The notes beneath the pieces were generated by a model. That model saw only the letters and a list, made by a program, of their open reading frames with translations, made no database searches and was not told the origin of the DNA. Of a stretch of 64,000 nt of DNA, positions 10,971 to 20,368 are shown piece after piece. Made by a program: the position numbers and the translations under genes. The DNA is taken from assembly GCA_963664875.1 (NCBI GenBank), contig OY761611.1:544001-608000 (forward strand), in the 5' to 3' direction. The stretch comes from Candidatus Kapaibacterium sp. GTDB taxonomy: Bacteria > Bacteroidota > Ignavibacteria > Kapaibacteriales > UBA2268. Position 1 is the stretch's first letter. Every line of letters begins with the position of its first letter.

Positions 10971-13241
10971 TTATCCGAATACACTCACCGTATTAGTCTT
11001 TTGAATAGATTTGTCTAAAACTCTACGGCTATTGGCTAAAAACGTCTCTAATGAATCAGATTTGTCTATTGCAGCCAAACCAATACTAACAGTTACCGAA
11101 AACTGTTGTCCATCCATTTCAATCATTGTGCTTGCAATCTCTTGTCTGATTTTTTGAGCCCATAACTGTGCTTCTTCCAAACCAACACCAATCATTACAA
11201 CTGAATAAACATTTTCGTCAGCACGAGCTATTAAATCATAGTCTTTAATCTTTTTCCTGAAGATATTTAGAACATGGAAAATTATTTTCTCACGTCTGTC
11301 GCTATGTTCGTTCGGGCTGTATGAAGCATATTTGTCTAATTGGAATAAGCACATTACCAAAGGAATTTCAAAATCTTTGTAACGTTTGACTTCTTCTTCC
11401 AATCGTGTATAAAAAGCCGGTGGATTTAAAATTCCTGTAGTAGGATCTACAAGAGAGTTGTTGTTCAACATCGATATAACATGTAGTTTTTCTATAGTAT
11501 GAGCTGCATGCGAAGCAATGACTTCTAAAATATTCAAATCAAATTGAGAAATATTTAACAGTTGTTTGTTTTCAAAATATAAAGCACCATAAGTAGAAAA
11601 TCTGGTAGTCAAAGGAACTGCAACAAAAATGCCTCCATTCAAGTTATCTTCATGCTGACTAACTCTCACTGTATTGTCTTTAATTGGTGATATTACAGTA
11701 GTAGCCGCAGAGGTAATACACCTGCATACCGCAGAATTTTCGATATCTATTGCAGATCTTATAAGAGATTTTCTATCATCTGTTGAAATGCTGTCTTTTA
11801 CAATCCAATTATTCAAATCTTCATCAAATCCAACTACGCCTGATGTATTGACATCGAAGATATGTTTAATAACATTTACTAAAATTGAATAAACATCTTC
11901 AATTTCAGCTTTTTCCTCTTTTAGCATACTTTGGAATACATTGATTGCGTCCATTGTGCGTGCGACCTGCAGTAAATCATATTTCTGTGCATAGCTGTAA
12001 ACAACACCGGAAAGTAGTTTAGTAAAATGTCCTAAAATGGATACAGAATAATTATCAAATACATCGGAATGTTTAGAATCAACACACAAAATCCCAACTA
12101 CAGAGTCATTGAAAAACACAGGAACTCCAATAAAGGAAGATATTTTGACGGATTTTCTATAGTATGGAATCAAATCTAATTCTGCATTTGGATTGATTTC
12201 AGTTAGTATTTCAGGTTTAGCTGCTAAATAAATCTGAGAAACTATGTCATTAGAGACAGTAAACTTATCATCTCTTTTTATAAATTCTTCCGAATCACTT
12301 ATAATAGTTTCTAAAACTAACTCGTTCCTTTCTGCATTTGCCAGATAGAAAGCAACTGAATTTGAAGGGAGGATATTTTTAATAGCTACTAATATTCTGC
12401 CTAAAAAATATTCAAATTCTTTTTTAGGTTCATCTCCAAACCCCGGAACTTCTTCGAGAAGCAAATTGATAGGTAATTCAAATTTTTTCGTTTGCTCAGA
12501 ATTATCTTCAATATCTGAATCAAAATCTAATTCAGAATCCTCATAATCGTCTTCAGCTTCGTCAATCAGCTGTTCAGGGAGGCTATCGATGATAGATTTT
12601 TCGACTTCCTCTTTAATGATTCTTTCTTCTTTTTTATCAATAGAAGCAGGAGGTATTTTAGTATTTTCTTCTAAAAGGATTTCTTGCGTAGGCTCTTCTT
12701 GTTTTTTCTTAGCTTCTTCCTCTTTTCTTCTTTCTTCTTCCATCTGTTTCTGTTTTTGCACTTCCAACGCAGTTTTGATTTTTGCCTGATTGACTTTTTT
12801 CTTTTGATTTTCAACTTCAGTTGGTTTAGCAAAAGCTAATTTACCACCATTAGGTTTAGATATGATTCTAAAACCGTCTTCCGAGCTTAATGTCAATTCT
12901 TCGCGAAAATTTGTTTTAAGTTCAGGCTTATCATCTGCAATTGAAGCATTAAAATCTTCGATTACCTGTCTTTTTGCACTCGAATCATCTTTAACTGTTG
13001 TTTTGTATTCGGGAGCATTTGTCTGTATGTTTTTAGGTCTTGAATCAACCAAATCATTAAGTCTTTGGTAATATAGCATTGCTATTGTTACAAAACCTAA
13101 AACTGAGATAGCTCCACCTATTAGCTTAACTGCAGTCTGATCTACAAAAAATATTATTGCTAATCCTGCTACTACTGCTAAAAGGACAAGCATGTCAGAA
13201 AAGGTAACAAGTTGTGTTAGTTTGATGTTTTTCTTTGCCAT
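10971..13241 (-). CDS. Membrane-anchored GAF-GAF protein with degenerate GGDEF domain
   Basis: Two N-terminal TM helices, charged low-complexity linker, two GAF domains (SFIGVPVF..VVGILCVDS; FVAVPL..YGALYFE), GGDEF fold (DPTTGILN..F..RLEEE; VTVSIGLA) with ARADENVY in place of R.GGDEF. Confidence 0.85.
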   Translation of the reverse strand: MAKKNIKLTQLVTFSDMLVLLAVVAGLAIIFFVDQTAVKLIGGAISVLGFVTIAMLYYQRLNDLVDSRPKNIQTNAPEYKTTVKDDSSAKRQVIEDFNASIADDKPELKTNFREELTLSSEDGFRIISKPNGGKLAFAKPTEVENQKKKVNQAKIKTALEVQKQKQMEEERRKEEEAKKKQEEPTQEILLEENTKIPPASIDKKEERIIKEEVEKSIIDSLPEQLIDEAEDDYEDSELDFDSDIEDNSEQTKKFELPINLLLEEVPGFGDEPKKEFEYFLGRILVAIKNILPSNSVAFYLANAERNELVLETIISDSEEFIKRDDKFTVSNDIVSQIYLAAKPEILTEINPNAELDLIPYYRKSVKISSFIGVPVFFNDSVVGILCVDSKHSDVFDNYSVSILGHFTKLLSGVVYSYAQKYDLLQVARTMDAINVFQSMLKEEKAEIEDVYSILVNVIKHIFDVNTSGVVGFDEDLNNWIVKDSISTDDRKSLIRSAIDIENSAVCRCITSAATTVISPIKDNTVRVSQHEDNLNGGIFVAVPLTTRFSTYGALYFENKQLLNISQFDLNILEVIASHAAHTIEKLHVISMLNNNSLVDPTTGILNPPAFYTRLEEEVKRYKDFEIPLVMCLFQLDKYASYSPNEHSDRREKIIFHVLNIFRKKIKDYDLIARADENVYSVVMIGVGLEEAQLWAQKIRQEIASTMIEMDGQQFSVTVSIGLAAIDKSDSLETFLANSRRVLDKSIQKTNTVSVFG

Positions 13242-13477
13242 ATCTACATTTCCATTAGTTTTTTAAATACCAACAGAAAAGAAACAAAATCTAACATCCT
13301 TTCAGATTTTAGAAAAAGAAAGAATATTTTGTAGTTGATTTGTATTGTTTCCCCCCACAGGACTTTGCATCAATAATCGTACTAATGCATATTCTAAATA
13401 TAAACAATTTTTCTGTAATCCTAAAGATTAATATTTGATTGATATATAAAAATTCGTTTTCTTTTTTAGTCCTTTGC

Positions 13478-13504
13478 TCAATTGTCAGTAAAAATGTCCG
13501 ACAA
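13478..13504 (+). promoter_or_regulatory. Possible sigma28 (FliA) promoter upstream of the GT2-TPR gene
   Basis: TCAA-N15-TCCGACAA versus consensus TAAA-N15-GCCGATAA, with exact spacing. Confidence 0.3.
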
Positions 13505-13537
13505 ATATAATGTCAAAGTGGATATTTCTGATGTCTT

Positions 13538-13553
13538 AGCATATCATTTGCCA
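13538..13553 (-). promoter_or_regulatory. Possible sigma54 -24/-12 promoter upstream of the GAF/GGDEF gene
   Basis: Minus strand TGGCAAATGATATGCT = GG-N10-GC with TGGCA and TGCT boxes. Confidence 0.35.
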
Positions 13554-13571
13554 TTTTATCATATTTTTAAT

Positions 13572-13579
13572 TATATTTG
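13572..13579 (+). promoter_or_regulatory. Bacteroidota-type -7 promoter element TAnnTTTG
   Basis: TATATTTG ending 33 nt before the ATG at 13613; a second copy lies on the minus strand at 13502-13509. Confidence 0.5.
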
Positions 13580-13612
13580 TCATATCATTTTCCAATCATA
13601 GAGACACAAATA

Positions 13613-15907
13613 ATGAGTAATACCTATCATAAACCTGATTTGTCTATTTGCATTATTGCTAAAAATGAAAGCAAATTGCTGCCTGCTTGTTTAGAATCCG
13701 TATTACCTGTTGCAAAAGAAATTATATTAGTAGATACCGGTTCTGATGACAACACTATAGATTTGGCTCATAAGTCAGGATGCAAAGTTATTGAGTCGAA
13801 ATGGGAAAATGATTTTTCAAAAGCTCGCAACTTAGCTATTTCTAATGCTAAATGCGAATATATTCTTTCCATAGATGCAGACGAAAGATTACTCAACCCG
13901 GAAGTGATATTGCAGACCATATCAAATGCAAAAAATGAAACAGGAGCTTGGTTAGTAGAAGTTAAATCCGAAGCTATTACTGCCGACAAAAAAAAAGATG
14001 TCTATGTTTCAAATCTTTTAAGACTATTCAGAAATAAGCCTTTTTTTAAATATGAAGGTATTGTCCACGAGCAAATAGTCAATTCTATCATTTCGAATGG
14101 TTATCAGATTGAAAGCTCACCTGTTAAGCTGTTTCACCTTGGATATGCTTTATCTCCGGAAGAAATGTATGCAAAACAGAGTAGAAACCTAAATCTCTTG
14201 AATATTGCGATAGAAATCGATGAAAATGATGTATATGCTAAATTGCAGAGAGCTAAAACCTTTCTTGCAATGAATAATTTGGAAAAGGCAGAAACTGACA
14301 TAAACTTTGTAATCCATCATGCTGAAGCTAACGGCACAATTTTGCCTCAAGCACTGAACTATGGAGCAATTATTTCTTTAAAAAATGGTGATGCAAATAC
14401 TGCTGTTTTTAGAGCCACTCGTTCTACAGAGTTGCTCCCCGATCAGGTATTTGCAAATTTCATTCTTGCAGATTTATTCCTCAGAGCTAATCAATACTCA
14501 ACTGCATTAGAATCTTACAAAAAGGTAGAGCGTGCAATTTTATCTCCTAGTCTTAAAGCAAGGATTGTTGGTGATTATTTTGTATCATTAGCTGATATTT
14601 ACTTTAAAATTGGTAGATGCCATACCCTATTAAATCAGATTTCTGATGCTGAGAAAGCTTTTGTTCAAGGTTATAATACTGACAAAGACAATGTACACAT
14701 ATTGGTAGGCTTAGCAAATATAGCTTTCAAAAAGCATGATTACCATGAAGCTGAGAATTTACTTTTAAATGCAAAGTCACTAGCACCCGACAATAAAGAT
14801 ATTTTAAAATTCTTAGATCAATTGAAAAAACATATTAGGCAACCGCTTGAAATAACTCAATCTATCAATCATGATTTATCCAAGCCCCGCATTTCAGTCT
14901 CTATGATTGTAAAAAATGAAGAGAAAATGCTTCCTGATTGCCTTGAAAGTATTAAAGATATTGCAGATGAGATTATTATAGTTGATACCGGATCATCGGA
15001 CAGAACAAAAGAGATAGCTAATGCCTATAACGCAAAGCTTTTTGATTTTCAATGGATAGATGACTTCTCCGCTGCAAGAAATCACGCTCTAAAGCATTGT
15101 TCAGGTGATTGGATTCTATATCTCGATGCAGATGAAAGATTGGAAGAGAGCAGCAAAGAAGAGCTTTTAAATGTTATTCGAACTCAAGACAATAATATCG
15201 GTGGTTTCATTTGTATTATTCAGAGTTCTCATATGAGGTTGGACGGCTCTCCTGAGTTACACAGAGGAGGCTATCCAAGATTATTCAAAAACTTTGGCTA
15301 CCCATCTATACATTTTAAGGGTAGAGTTCACGAACAAATTACTCCTTCAATAATTGCGTTGAATAAAGTATTTGTTTTGACTGATATAAAAATTCATCAT
15401 CTTGGTTATAATCAGCCAAGAGAAATTATGGAAGATAAAATAAAACGAAATTACAAAATGCTTTTAGCTCACATTAAAGATGAACCTACTTATGGGTATG
15501 CTTGGTATCAACTGGGGCAGACATTAGCTCAGATGCGAATCTTTAAAGAAGCAGAAGAAGCAATCAGATTTGCTTTAAAATGCGGTGATTTATCAGATTC
15601 TATCTATGCTAGTGCTACAGCTACTTTGTCGCAGATGACAGGTAGTCAAAAGAAGTTTTCGGAGGCATTGTACTGGGCTGAAGAATCTCTGAAAAAAGCA
15701 CCTGAACAACTATATTCAATATCGCTCAAAGCTCACGCTCTATTATTTTTGGATAGATTAGATGAAGCAGAAAATTATTTCAACTTATTGAAAGACTTAA
15801 AAAACAGCAAAAGGGGTGTCCCACTTTCAGGCTTCGATATCGAAGTACCTGATAATATCATTGAAATCGGCTTGAATGAATTGGCGAAGAGAAGACACAA
15901 TAAGTAG
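13613..15907 (+). CDS. Tandem GT2-TPR-GT2-TPR glycosyltransferase (beta-1,4-glucosyltransferase/SunS/GmaR-like)
   Basis: Two copies of S.(C/S)(I/M)I.KNE..L..CL.S...VDTGS.D.T...DFS.ARN...DADE...HEQI...HLGY, each followed by TPR-like helices. Confidence 0.9.
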   Translation: MSNTYHKPDLSICIIAKNESKLLPACLESVLPVAKEIILVDTGSDDNTIDLAHKSGCKVIESKWENDFSKARNLAISNAKCEYILSIDADERLLNPEVILQTISNAKNETGAWLVEVKSEAITADKKKDVYVSNLLRLFRNKPFFKYEGIVHEQIVNSIISNGYQIESSPVKLFHLGYALSPEEMYAKQSRNLNLLNIAIEIDENDVYAKLQRAKTFLAMNNLEKAETDINFVIHHAEANGTILPQALNYGAIISLKNGDANTAVFRATRSTELLPDQVFANFILADLFLRANQYSTALESYKKVERAILSPSLKARIVGDYFVSLADIYFKIGRCHTLLNQISDAEKAFVQGYNTDKDNVHILVGLANIAFKKHDYHEAENLLLNAKSLAPDNKDILKFLDQLKKHIRQPLEITQSINHDLSKPRISVSMIVKNEEKMLPDCLESIKDIADEIIIVDTGSSDRTKEIANAYNAKLFDFQWIDDFSAARNHALKHCSGDWILYLDADERLEESSKEELLNVIRTQDNNIGGFICIIQSSHMRLDGSPELHRGGYPRLFKNFGYPSIHFKGRVHEQITPSIIALNKVFVLTDIKIHHLGYNQPREIMEDKIKRNYKMLLAHIKDEPTYGYAWYQLGQTLAQMRIFKEAEEAIRFALKCGDLSDSIYASATATLSQMTGSQKKFSEALYWAEESLKKAPEQLYSISLKAHALLFLDRLDEAENYFNLLKDLKNSKRGVPLSGFDIEVPDNIIEIGLNELAKRRHNK

Positions 15908-15920
15908 AAAACTATACTCT

Positions 15921-17003
15921 CTAAAATTCCATATAAAACGATATATGATGCGAAAGGTTATTATCAGTAAGTGAACTATTGGCAACAGAGTAATCTATAT
16001 GCAGATTGAATGGAATATTCAAATCATTTTTGTCAGGTCTGATTGATATTCCTGCCCCCCAATTATTCATAGGAAAGAATTTAGAGTTTCCCATATCATC
16101 TCCATATATATCAATACCGGCTCTGAATGCAAGCATTTCATGAAACACTATCTCACTTCCAAAAATGAAAGACGGATTTTCTTCGTATTGTCTAAGAACT
16201 GCATCTAATGATATTACGATGTACCTTGTAGGTGGTAAATATACTTCCTCTATTTCACCGTCTATTGTTGATCTGGTTTGGTATTTTTCATCATTAAGTC
16301 CATATTCCATAGCTATTCCACTACGTACCGAATATGGCAAATACTCATAATCTTTATTTGCATTATTCCAAAACATAATCCCCGAAATATTCTGAACAGC
16401 AACTCCAAAAGAGAACATATCCATCACATCAAATTTTGTTCCGACATCAAGCCCGTATCCGGTAGAATTAATATCAGAACCAATAAGATTATTAGTAAGA
16501 TACTTCACATTAAATCCAATTGCAGCATCATCTATTGTATAGGCACCAGCCAAATTCACAGCATATTGTAGTGCAGAAAAATCTCCCAAAGGATTGCCCA
16601 TAACATCCCTGCCTTCAAAACTTCCTGTAGAAAAAGTATTAATACCAATCCCCACACCTAATCTTGGATAAATAGACTGTGCCCATGCAACTGAAGATTG
16701 TGTTCTACCCCTTCCTAAAGAAGAAATGCCTCCAGCGACTTGCGGTTTGTTAGCCAAAAATGCTAAACCTGCAGGATTACAAAATATAGCATTGGGATCA
16801 TTTACTACTGCCGTGTAGGCTCCTCCCATAGAAATGGCTCTTCCACCTACGTCTCTCAGTAGATATGCTTCGCTATATCCTCCGCCGGCTATCTGAGCAA
16901 ATAATGATGAAGATGCAAAAAAGCAAGTTATAAATATGATAGCAACATAAAAAATGCCATGCATTTGTAGCATTGCTTCAGATTTTTTATGTATAATACT
17001 CAT
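15921..17003 (-). CDS. PorV/PorQ-family outer-membrane beta-barrel (T9SS shuttle-like)
   Basis: GGRAISMGGAYTAVVNDPNAIFCNPAGLA signature, D.G and G...QN motifs, C-terminal HHISFYMEF. Start at 17003, just after the upstream stop. Confidence 0.85.
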   Translation of the reverse strand: MSIIHKKSEAMLQMHGIFYVAIIFITCFFASSSLFAQIAGGGYSEAYLLRDVGGRAISMGGAYTAVVNDPNAIFCNPAGLAFLANKPQVAGGISSLGRGRTQSSVAWAQSIYPRLGVGIGINTFSTGSFEGRDVMGNPLGDFSALQYAVNLAGAYTIDDAAIGFNVKYLTNNLIGSDINSTGYGLDVGTKFDVMDMFSFGVAVQNISGIMFWNNANKDYEYLPYSVRSGIAMEYGLNDEKYQTRSTIDGEIEEVYLPPTRYIVISLDAVLRQYEENPSFIFGSEIVFHEMLAFRAGIDIYGDDMGNSKFFPMNNWGAGISIRPDKNDLNIPFNLHIDYSVANSSLTDNNLSHHISFYMEF

Positions 17004-17005
17004 AT

Positions 17006-17443
17006 TTACCTCGATATGATAAACTTTTCTGTATCTCTTTGTCCATTTGCAGATTGTAGTACACAAATATAAATTCCGTTAGGTATTTTAGATATGTCGA
17101 AGCTAATTTCTTGATTCGAAGATACTTTATGTTTTTTATCTAAATCAAGGACTTTTTTGCCTAACATATTGAAACACTTTATGCTAAATTCTAAATCTTT
17201 ATCTTCTACTTCAATTTTGATTGTCAGCCTTTCTGCAGACTGATCAATATTGACCTTTTTGATTTCAAAAACCTTAGAAATAGTATCTAATTTAGCATTT
17301 TTTGTATTTGTATGCTTATCTTCTTTAGAACTATCAAAATATATGCCATTAAGTGAGACTGAGTGTGATTTGAGTTGTAATGAGTGTACTGTAGTAGCTG
17401 ATAGAAATGAAATACATAAAAGTAGATAGTAGAAAAACATCAT
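17006..17443 (-). CDS. Small secreted protein consisting essentially of a T9SS type-A C-terminal sorting domain
   Basis: Signal peptide MMFFYYLLLCISFLSA; CTD FNMLGKKV..ISFDISKIPNGIYICVL..TEKFIISR. Confidence 0.75.
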   Translation of the reverse strand: MMFFYYLLLCISFLSATTVHSLQLKSHSVSLNGIYFDSSKEDKHTNTKNAKLDTISKVFEIKKVNIDQSAERLTIKIEVEDKDLEFSIKCFNMLGKKVLDLDKKHKVSSNQEISFDISKIPNGIYICVLQSANGQRDTEKFIISR

Positions 17444-17447
17444 TTGT

Positions 17448-19064
17448 TTACTCTTTTTTGTTGAACTTTTTAGCCAATTCTTTGATAGCCTTTTCATCAC
17501 TCATAATGTCCTGAACGTTCTTCTTTGTTTCAATCGAAGCTTTGCCGGTTCCCAATTCTTTTGCAAGCTTATCTAATTCATCTTCGGATAAGTTATCTAA
17601 TTGACTTAATTTTAGGTTCTTTTGCTTCAATTCTTCTTCAGAGATTTTGATTGCCAGTTGCATCTTTGCAGATAAACCTGAGTAATCTTTGACTTCCGGC
17701 TTCTGACTTGGTTTATTATTAATACGTAATGCTTCGATGATTTGTTCAATCTTCTTTGCACGGCTATCTCGTCCGGTTGCTTTTTCTTCTTTCCCGGTGG
17801 CTTTTGAAACAGTTTCGGGATTTTTTTGAGAGCTTCTATTTTCTCCAAATTGAGAATATGCCTTTTGTGCTTGCAATACTTCAGCGCTAAAGGATGTTTT
17901 ATTTTCTAGATTTCTTTCTTTTTTTATCTCTTCTTTTGAATCATTTTCTTTTGGAATAGTCTTTTCAACCGTTTTCTTTCTAACTTCTAAACCTTTTTCA
18001 ATTTCAGATTTTAGATCTTCAGATTCAACATGATATTTACTAGCCTTCTCTTTGCGCTCATCTATTTTTCTTTTCTTCTCACTAAATTCTTTTAATGCTA
18101 ATATCTGCCTGTTTCTCCAACGCAAATACATATATACTACAGAAAGAGAAAGAATAAGTACCCCATAAAGTAAGTATTCTGTCCACCAAGGAAAGCCATA
18201 AAAATCTTTGAATAACAGGCTTGATAATGCACTACTATCAGCCTTAGCTGCCGAATCTTCCGGGAAAATGTTTTTAAATCTTTCTTCTGCTATTTTTTCT
18301 TCAGCCGTTTTTTCGTTTTTATTATTTATTTCTAAAGAGAGAAACTTGTCTTTAGAAGCATCAAAATAGCTATTCAAAGAGTCAATGTGTTTTTTTTGCA
18401 GGGATATATTCTTTAGCCCTGTAAATTCAGACATCTTCTGCAAGAAATAGTTCAACTTCAGAGTGTCTTTAGTACGTTTCGCAAAGGATGTTAACACTGC
18501 CAAATGAAGAGGCATATCGGACTTCCCAAAGGCATTGAAAGCAGCGTCAATTGCATTAGTAAAATTATTATTAGCAAGCTCTATTTCTGCAATCATATCA
18601 AATGAGTTTTTATATTTTGAATTACTCAGATCATCTAATGCCACGTCAGCAATCCCTGATTCATAAGCAAGTAAAGCATTACGGTATAAATCCTCCTGCT
18701 TGTCTATTTTTGACCAGCTAAAAGTTTCGATAGCCATCAGGTTCAATGATTTGATAGGAGCAATAGTATAGCCTGACTGTTCAGAAAGATTGATATAAAT
18801 ACTTAGCTTATTATTTTTGAATACCCAATCAATCTGATTGATGTTTCCTTTGCCCGTAAGGCTAGTTATTTGACTTTTGTTGTCAGTATCAGGCACGGAT
18901 ATGATAATTTGTCTTTTATTTTCTGAAAGAGTAGATGTAGCAGCAGCCGGATATTTGTCAAATTTCAAAAATATTCTATTTTCTTTAGTAGCAGAGACTT
19001 CCAATAAACTCTCCGCTTGAAGAACCAATGGGAAAAATAACAATATGTAAAGAAGTTTATACAA
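17448..19064 (-). CDS. Bitopic membrane protein: periplasmic AMIN-like/helical domain, one TM, long charged cytoplasmic tail ending in an HTH-like motif
   Basis: Signal peptide; RIFLKFD..RQIIISVPDT..LSIYINL AMIN-like strands; TM YLLYGVLILSLSVVYMYL-RWR; tail LDKLAKELGTGKASIE. TTG start abuts the upstream stop. Confidence 0.6.
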   Translation of the reverse strand: MYKLLYILLFFPLVLQAESLLEVSATKENRIFLKFDKYPAAATSTLSENKRQIIISVPDTDNKSQITSLTGKGNINQIDWVFKNNKLSIYINLSEQSGYTIAPIKSLNLMAIETFSWSKIDKQEDLYRNALLAYESGIADVALDDLSNSKYKNSFDMIAEIELANNNFTNAIDAAFNAFGKSDMPLHLAVLTSFAKRTKDTLKLNYFLQKMSEFTGLKNISLQKKHIDSLNSYFDASKDKFLSLEINNKNEKTAEEKIAEERFKNIFPEDSAAKADSSALSSLLFKDFYGFPWWTEYLLYGVLILSLSVVYMYLRWRNRQILALKEFSEKKRKIDERKEKASKYHVESEDLKSEIEKGLEVRKKTVEKTIPKENDSKEEIKKERNLENKTSFSAEVLQAQKAYSQFGENRSSQKNPETVSKATGKEEKATGRDSRAKKIEQIIEALRINNKPSQKPEVKDYSGLSAKMQLAIKISEEELKQKNLKLSQLDNLSEDELDKLAKELGTGKASIETKKNVQDIMSDEKAIKELAKKFNKKE

Positions 19065-20363
19065 CTATTTGACTCCGGGAAAACTTAATTTGAAAGTAGT
19101 GCCTCTTCCCTGTTCCGTTAGGACAGATATTCTGCCATAATGCTGCTCTATTATATATTTTGAAATATATAAACCCAATCCATGCTGCAAAGAATCTACA
19201 GAATATGGCTCAAATATATTACTAATAATCTCATCATCAATGCCTATGCCGTTATCAGATATATTGATTGATATCCGGTTGCCTTGATTAGAATAAACTC
19301 CAATTTTAATAGCTCCACCATCAGGCATATATTTTGAAGAATATAAAATTAGATTCATTATTGCCTGTTCTAAGTGTGGTTTGATTGCCAATATTCGAAT
19401 TTCATCATCTTCATAATCAGAAACCAACTCAATACCTTCTCTTTCTAATTTGTTTTTCGTAAATAGAATTACTTCATCTATCACAGAACATATATTCAGA
19501 GATTCAATTTGTTCTTTTGAGAAATCTGAAGCAGCAATTTTTTTGATTCTACTATTGAGCTTATAAATTTTATTAATTTCATTTTTGATAACATCTATTC
19601 TTTTTTGGGGATTGCCAACACCACTTTCCATTAGGTCTAAGTTCGTATTTATAACCATCAATGGCGCCTCAATCTCTTCTGAAAATGAAGCAGTAAGCTC
19701 ACCAAGTGATGAAAACTTTGCAGATTCAAGCATTCGTTTATTAAGTAAATCCATTCTTCGGTTGAGATTGGCAATAGTATCTAAGGATAGAATATTAAAA
19801 GCAGCAGCTGCTGCATTTTCAGCTATCATCTCTATTTCGTCAATATCTTCTTTATTAAAGTCATTAGCTGCAAGTGGGGTTTTGCCTATAAAAATACCAA
19901 AAGCCTCACCTGCAAGTGCAATTGGAGAAAGAAAGAAATAATTGCTTTCTTCCGGGGAAATTGTATTGGGGATTATTGAAGTCTCTTTATTTTCACAAAT
20001 CCAGTCTAAAATTCCTTCTTCTTCTAAACTCATCATATCCTTTATCAGATTACTCTCTTCATTCATTGAGTAATCTATTTTTCTATCTTTGTCTGTTCTA
20101 AATATTGTGCATTCTACTAAGTCAAACATTTTGGAACAAAACGCCTGAAGTGCTTGCAATATATCATCAGTAGAAGAATAATTCAGAAAGTCTATATCTA
20201 CTTCATGAGGCAAAGCGGATGGTGTGATTATTTGCGGAGAAGTTTTTATGTTTTTCCTTAAATCATCAACTTCCTTTCTAAGAATTTTCACAGATAGCTC
20301 TAAAGATTTAATATAATCTTCCTGAGCTTTAGCAATATCAGTATTTTGTTTTTGCTTTGCCAT
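19065..20363 (-). CDS. GAF-containing NtrB-type histidine kinase homolog lacking the phosphoacceptor His (pseudokinase)
   Basis: H-box LGELTASFSEEIEAPL (H to E), N-box NLILYSSKY (N to Y); G1 ISDNGIGI and GLGLYI retained. Confidence 0.85.
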   Translation of the reverse strand: MAKQKQNTDIAKAQEDYIKSLELSVKILRKEVDDLRKNIKTSPQIITPSALPHEVDIDFLNYSSTDDILQALQAFCSKMFDLVECTIFRTDKDRKIDYSMNEESNLIKDMMSLEEEGILDWICENKETSIIPNTISPEESNYFFLSPIALAGEAFGIFIGKTPLAANDFNKEDIDEIEMIAENAAAAAFNILSLDTIANLNRRMDLLNKRMLESAKFSSLGELTASFSEEIEAPLMVINTNLDLMESGVGNPQKRIDVIKNEINKIYKLNSRIKKIAASDFSKEQIESLNICSVIDEVILFTKNKLEREGIELVSDYEDDEIRILAIKPHLEQAIMNLILYSSKYMPDGGAIKIGVYSNQGNRISINISDNGIGIDDEIISNIFEPYSVDSLQHGLGLYISKYIIEQHYGRISVLTEQGRGTTFKLSFPGVK

Positions 20364-20368
20364 ATTTT

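Noticed and set aside
13242-13500. Possible c-di-GMP riboswitch upstream of the GGDEF-like gene
   Set aside because: I could not find the GEMM GNRA tetraloop/receptor two-stem architecture by eye; an Infernal scan would settle it.
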